Positions 57,637-64,000 of a stretch of DNA of 64,000 nucleotides are shown in pieces; within the stretch, counting starts at the first letter, position 1, and each line of letters opens with the position of its first letter. Position numbers and translations under genes: made by a program. The notes below the pieces were generated by a model, which saw only the letters and a program-made list of their open reading frames with translations, was not told where the DNA came from and made no database searches. This DNA is from Eledone cirrhosa (taxonomy: Eukaryota), in the NCBI GenBank assembly GCA_964016885.1, contig OZ024741.1, forward strand, positions 106,826,001 through 106,890,000. Direction: 5' to 3'.

Positions 57637-59229
57637 ATGCAGAAACAACATCTGAATATTTCTACAAAGAACATACCCGTACCAAGCAGGAAGACATACC
57701 TAAAACTCCTGATACAGAAAACGGACTCGTTCCTCAAAAAGTTGCGTTGGCGTGCCTTTTATTTCGATAATCAGGAAAAAGCGGACAATAAACAGGATTA
57801 ATTTGGATTTAAAACTTGTGATAACCCTCCGAGTAACCCAGCATTGCTACCCCTCGAAAATAATGTCTTGGAACTCATACGGTGTATCAAATTATGGAAT
57901 AGGAGCAATTCCTTCCAACAAGACCTGAAGAATAGAATTCATTCTATTAAGGATTCTAATGCCGTGCACGTCCACTCCGACAAAACTGGCAATCTATATC
58001 AAGAGGAGCGCAGTACTTACCATCAACTGCTACATAATGCTGTAACTAAGGATTACCGCAAAACTAATCGGAGTGTCATTAATGACATCAACGATGCTGG
58101 GTTTAAAATCACCTCTGAACTCAACATCCAGGACCGGACTGAACCTCTGGACCCTTTTTCTCCTCACTTTACTATGAAGGATCACAAACCTAATTTCGCC
58201 AACAATCCCTCTATTCGGCTTATTAACCCTACGAAGTCCGATTTAGGTAGGCTTAGTAAAAGGATTTTAGATAGAATTATACCTGAAATTAGAAGTTTGG
58301 CCCCTCTTGCACTGTGGAATAATTCTTTCGCGGTGATTGATTGGTTCAATGGGATATGCAACAAGTAACATTGCCGTTTTATCCAATTCGACATCAATAA
58401 CTACTATTCCTCCATCACTCTACCACTCCTTCTTAGAGCTATCAATTTAGCTAAAACGCTCACGGTGGTTAAGGATTTCGAAATTGATGTCATCCTCAAT
58501 GCCCGTAAGTCGGTGATTAATTTCGACGACTCTATTTAGATTAAAAAATCTAATAGTACCCAATTCGACGTGAGTATGGGTGCCAACGATTCGGCGGAGG
58601 TTACTGATCTTATCGGCCTTTACCTTCTTTACTCTATCAAGGAAGAATTCCCCAATGTGGGCGGTGGTTTGTATCGTGATGACGGTCTTTTGACCATGAC
58701 AAAGTGCGGTCCACGCGCTTGCGACATGTTCATAAAAGAAATCTCAGCCTTCTTTAAAGGCTTCAACCTCTCCATACAGGTTGAGCCCAACCCCTCGGTC
58801 GTTAACTACCTCGACGTTACCCTCAATTTGTCGAATGGTTTGCATTACCCGTATATAAAGCCAAATGATACGTTCAATTACATAAGTAAGCATTCTAACC
58901 ATCCTGCCAGCATAACCAAGAAACTGGTAAGAAACTTTTCTTTGAGGCTTTCCCGTCTATCTACAAACGAGCATATTTTCACCGACCATTCCACATATTA
59001 CAATGAAGCTCTTGCTCGGAGTGGATTTGTCGATAAGGTAGCATATACTAAGTATGAGCATAGACCAAGGAAAAATAGATCCCGACGCATTATAAGGTAT
59101 AACCCACCATATAATGTGGAGGTGGCCACCCCATTAGCTAAGATGTTTCTCTCCCTTATTAAGAAGCATTTCCCCTCAGCACATAAATATAATAACATTT
59201 TTAATAGAAATACCATTAAAATATCTTAG
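57637..59229 (+). pseudogene. Penelope-like (Nematis-like) reverse transcriptase, single frame with three premature stops, truncated before GIY-YIG
   Basis: STKNIP..LRWRA..FGFK, SDKTGNLY, RLINPTKS, FIQFDI..YYSSI, FDVSMGANDSAEV, GLYRDDGL, NYLDVT, SNHP, YNPPY; stops at 57799, 58366, 58537. Confidence 0.9.
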
Positions 59230-59457
59230 CGGGGCTCTTCAAGTCAAATTTTCTTTTTTCTCTTTTCAGTTTTTCCCTATCTTATACGATGAGTATGGGT
59301 TTTACGTAAACCTGTTTTGTAATTCTGCAGAAGTTATTTGATGACCACCCTGTCTTGCATCATAAATAGATGATGGAGCTGGGCCATTCAAATATGTATA
59401 GTGATTTCACGGAATTAAAATTTACAGCATATCTTCCAGTACGGATTTCTGTTGTGG

Positions 59458-59519
<62 letters not shown>

Positions 59520-59679
59520 GTATGTATACACACATAATATTCTTGTTACTCTGGAGTTTCACTTGTGTACTCACAGCTCCATCAGACGAAACACCTGCGA
59601 GTACACAGGTGGAACCCCAGTGTATTAAAATTCACCACTTAGCGAAAATAAAGAATATGATTAAACTCTATTAAGGTAA

Positions 59680-59869
59680 CATGGATTGGCAGTATCGGTA
59701 GAGGGTCGGACGCCATGCTTTGCAGCATAGAGTTACAGCCCTTTACGGTGTGAGTTCAAATCTTACTGAGGTTAACTTTGCCTTTCATCCTGACGGAGTC
59801 GATAAAATAAAGTACCGGCAATGCACTGGGATAATTACTGGCCTTGTGCCAAAAGTAGAAACAATTATT
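59680..59869 (+). mobile_element. tRNA-derived SINE
   Basis: A-box-like tggcagtatcggt, B-box-like gagttcaaatc, same core as 35543-35735. Confidence 0.8.
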
Positions 59870-59932
59870 AAACTCTACTTCCGTATTATTCACACGTCCG
59901 TCAACATCACACGGATATATATATATATATAT

Positions 59933-60072
59933 GCCTGATGATTTCAAACGAATGATACACCTCTATTCCTGTAAAAGTCACTTCTATATAACATAAGATG
60001 CATTTTCAGACATTCCTGATGATTTCATAAGAATATAACAGTTGTAATCTTGTAGAAGTCATTTCTATATAA
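59933..60072 (+). mobile_element. Two degenerate family A hammerheads in tandem, 81 nt apart
   Basis: CTGATGA at 59935 and 60016, each followed by tttc..gaat and ..tgta.aagtca.ttctatataacata. Confidence 0.6.
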
Positions 60073-60227
60073 CATACAACAAATAGTAGACCAGTTCCTT
60101 TTCTTTTCTGTTTGAAAATTGTCTGACAAAAACATATTTTATATAGATGATAAAAGTGGTGAGGTGGTGGTGGTTAACCAGGCTACAGTTAAAGTCAACC
60201 CCACAACTCAGGTTAACCCTACAGATA

Positions 60228-60520
60228 CTAATTAAGTCTACCACTAATTATGTCTAACTTCTCAGTTATGTCTACCGCCCACTATTAAGTCTACCACCCC
60301 AACTAAGGCTACCACTCACTAATTAAATCTAGCATCCCATTTATGTCTATCACAAACAAATTAAGTCTACCACGCCATTAATATCTACTAATCAGAAATT
60401 AGGTTTATCATTAACTAATTACGTCTACCCCTCAATTATGTCTACCACCCACTAATTAAATCTATTACAAACTAATTAATTCTACCCACCATAGGTCATG
60501 CCTACCAACCACTAATTAAT
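60228..60520. repeat. Degenerate tandem repeat, about 20-25 bp unit (taattaagtctaccaccc)
   Basis: Recurrent aatta.gtctac. Confidence 0.65.
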
Positions 60521-60599
60521 TATTATTAACTAATCAGATGCATATGTATGTATATATGTATGTATGTATGAACGCTCCATATATGTATATGGCATATGC

Positions 60600-61394
60600 A
60601 GTATGTGTACTGTCAGCATTGCTGTATGCGTGTGAGACATGGGTTGCCTACAAACGGCATATCGAAAGACTGGAAAAATTTCACCAACAGTGTCTCAGAA
60701 AGATGCTCAGTATCAAGTGGCAGATGCATATGAGTGATGTTGAGGTCCTTGAGAGAAGTGAATGTTGAAAGTATCATCCACCAACGTCGTTTGTGATGGA
60801 CCAGACACCTCTGCAGGATGGAAGACGATCGAATCCCGAAACAACATTTGTATGGCGAGCTTGGCAAAGGTAAGAGACCACCTCACAAACCAAAGCTCCG
60901 ATTCATGGATTGTGTAAAAGACTCATTGAAAGAAACTGGTTCGATGGTGGCTCTTGAAAGAGAAACGTGGCGTGGAATGGTGAATGGTGGGGGTCCATAA
61001 TTTTGAGGACAGACGCATAGAACACGAGAATATTAAACGGGATGTGCGTAAGCAATGCCTTGGTGTATCTCTCGAAACGATCCGTGTCTTCATTGAATTG
61101 GTGTGCCCTGAAAGATGTGCTTGAGCAAATCTGGTCTCAGGAGCCACAGTCGCAGCCATGTTCAGAGAGAACCAGTGAACTATGATCTCCACGGTATTGT
61201 GATGGTTCACAGGTAACCTAATGTAAAACCCGAGGCCAGGGAGATCCATAGTTGTCGTCAATGTGCGAAGGAGTGCAAGTCTCTAAAAAACCATATTCGA
61301 GGCTTGAAAAACCATATTCGAGCGCCGTACAACTGAATCTGACAAACGATTGCACTCTTAGCGTGAATTTGCAGCTATCATGTATGTATGTATG
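60600..61394 (+). mobile_element. RTE-clade LINE 3' fragment with (TATG)n tail
   Basis: LLYACETW..LEKFHQQCLRKML.IKW, RMEDDRIPKQHLYGEL..GKR; degenerate C2H2-like motifs; tail at 61380. Confidence 0.85.
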
Positions 61395-61883
61395 TTAATC
61401 TAGGTTTAAGTGTGCATGTATGTGTGAGGATTGTGTCAAACTATGCCCAACATAAAGATATGTGTGTGTATATGTTTGTGTATGTATGTATATGCGTGTA
61501 TGTGTATGTGTGATGCTTGTGTCAATCTGTGTCCAAAACAAAGATATATGAAACTTGCGAAGGATCTTCATAGGAAGAACTCCCTCCACGCAAGTGTTAC
61601 GGCTCCTAATTCCTCCCGTAACCCTAAGGGGCTGGGCACACATGGGTCATGATTCCTAAGTATCCTCATACTGGTTTACCTACCATTAGCGGTAAGACGT
61701 AGACTTATGGAAGAGAAAAAGTAAAAAAATAAGAGACTAAGCTGAAATCGAACTCGGGCCTCGTACTTATCTAAGCATTATTGGTATATCTACACTGGAC
61801 TGGATATTTCGTTAGAAGGTTATATCTATGAAGGTATATGTGTTGAAATATATGTATATATATACACACACACACACACACAC

Positions 61884-61954
<71 letters not shown>

Positions 61955-62223
61955 TAGATAGATATTTATTTATATGTCTATCTATATCTAACCATATATC
62001 TATCTATCTACCTATCTATCAATCAGTCAATCAATCCCCCCCTCTCTCTCTCTCCCTCCCCCCCTCTCTCGCTCTCGCTCTCTCTCCCTCTCTCTTTCTC
62101 GCTATATATATATATGTATATATATATGTATATTTGTATATATATATATATACATAAATATACACACAAACACACACACACACACACACACACACGCGCC
62201 CACACACACACATATATATATAT

Positions 62224-62370
<147 letters not shown>

Positions 62371-62608
62371 TTGGTCTGCGTGTTCAATCATAATATATAT
62401 TATTGTCAGACATCAAATAGATTTATACGGAAATCAAATGAAGAAAAAAGAGGAAGACACCCGTTAATCACTGTAACAATCTATCAAATTATCAAAACAT
62501 ATACACATTATGTACATACACAGATACATCCAACCACATACGCACACACATACTCAGAAATGCATAAATATATATAGGTATATATATATTCATACATACA
62601 AATATATA

Positions 62609-62640
<32 letters not shown>

Positions 62641-62715
62641 CATATATATATACATATATATATGTATATATATATACATATATATATATATATGTGTATA
62701 TATATATATATATAT

Positions 62716-62924
<209 letters not shown>

Positions 62925-62968
62925 CATATATATATGTATATATATATATACATATATATATATGTGTG

Positions 62969-63012
<44 letters not shown>

Positions 63013-63315
63013 AATACATGTAAATATATGTATATATATATATATTTATATAAATATATATATATATATATATTTATATAAATATATATATATATATTTA
63101 TATAAATATATGTATATATATATGTGCATATATATATATACACACACACACTCACACAACATACACATATACATATATATACATACATACATATATATAC
63201 ATATATTTATATAAATATCTGTATATAAATGTGCATATATACACACACCTCACACAACACACACATATACATACATATATATATATATATATACATACAT
63301 ACATACATACATACA

Positions 63316-63347
<32 letters not shown>

Positions 63348-63365
63348 CATATATATATATACACA

Positions 63366-63401
<36 letters not shown>

Positions 63402-63422
63402 TATACATATATATATATATAC

Positions 63423-63453
<31 letters not shown>

Positions 63454-64000
63454 TACATATATATATATATATACACATTCATATACATATATACACATCT
63501 TACTTAGGCATATACATATAAATTTACGGACGGAGCCGTCACAAAGTTGAGCGTTTGAATGAAACATTTGAATTATTTGATTATGGTGAAGGTTAGGTCA
63601 ACTTCTTTTATAAAATGGAGCCTGTTTTGGCAAACAAAAGCATTAGAGTGGACATCGTTAACATATCTATTATTGTTGGTCCATTGTTAGCTATTGTAAC
63701 GATCTATATAATCAGTCGGAGAATGAAAACATTTGTAACAGTCATATTCTTATATTGCAGATATGGTCTCACCTTTAGTTTGTCTCTATCTCACTTTCGT
63801 TTCCTCTTATTCTTTTCATTTTTTATTTCTGTCTTCCCTTTTTCCTTTACTCCCCTTTCCCTGCAATTTCACCCCCCCCCCCTCTCTCTCTCTCACTTCC
63901 TCCCTCTCTCACCCCCTCTCTCTCTTTCTTTCTTTCTAACCCATCTCTTTCCTTTTCTCTCTTTCAAACTCTCTCCCAGTGTAGTCACTAATGAAGTAAC

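Noticed and set aside
59680-59765. Functional tRNA gene
   Set aside because: A/B-box-like head continues into a multi-copy SINE body; no clean cloverleaf

Overview
AT-rich, gene-free animal genomic DNA made almost entirely of microsatellites and retroelements; the tRNA-headed SINEs and repeat mix suggest a coleoid cephalopod such as Octopus (inference). No host gene or exon could be supported. Recognisable elements: an intact R4/Dong-type RLE non-LTR ORF (1075-4467, -), a 5-kb 21-bp minisatellite, a full-length decayed Gypsy element with both LTRs (14716-20060), a deleted mariner, a second decayed RLE LINE, RTE/Ingi-type LINE fragments (one with twin-priming inversion geometry) and several Penelope-like (PLE) pieces. 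The most interesting signal is non-coding. Reading both strands reveals many type I hammerhead ribozyme (HHR) motifs from at least six sequence families, in PLE pseudo-LTRs and short (TA)n-inserted fold-back elements. They include a 420-bp non-coding tandem unit with an intact minimal HHR in each copy (retrozyme/circRNA-like, 56.4-57.3 kb), HHRs with a compensatory U3-A8 core, and HHRs with greatly extended stem II. All folds and alignments were made by eye; activity is untested.
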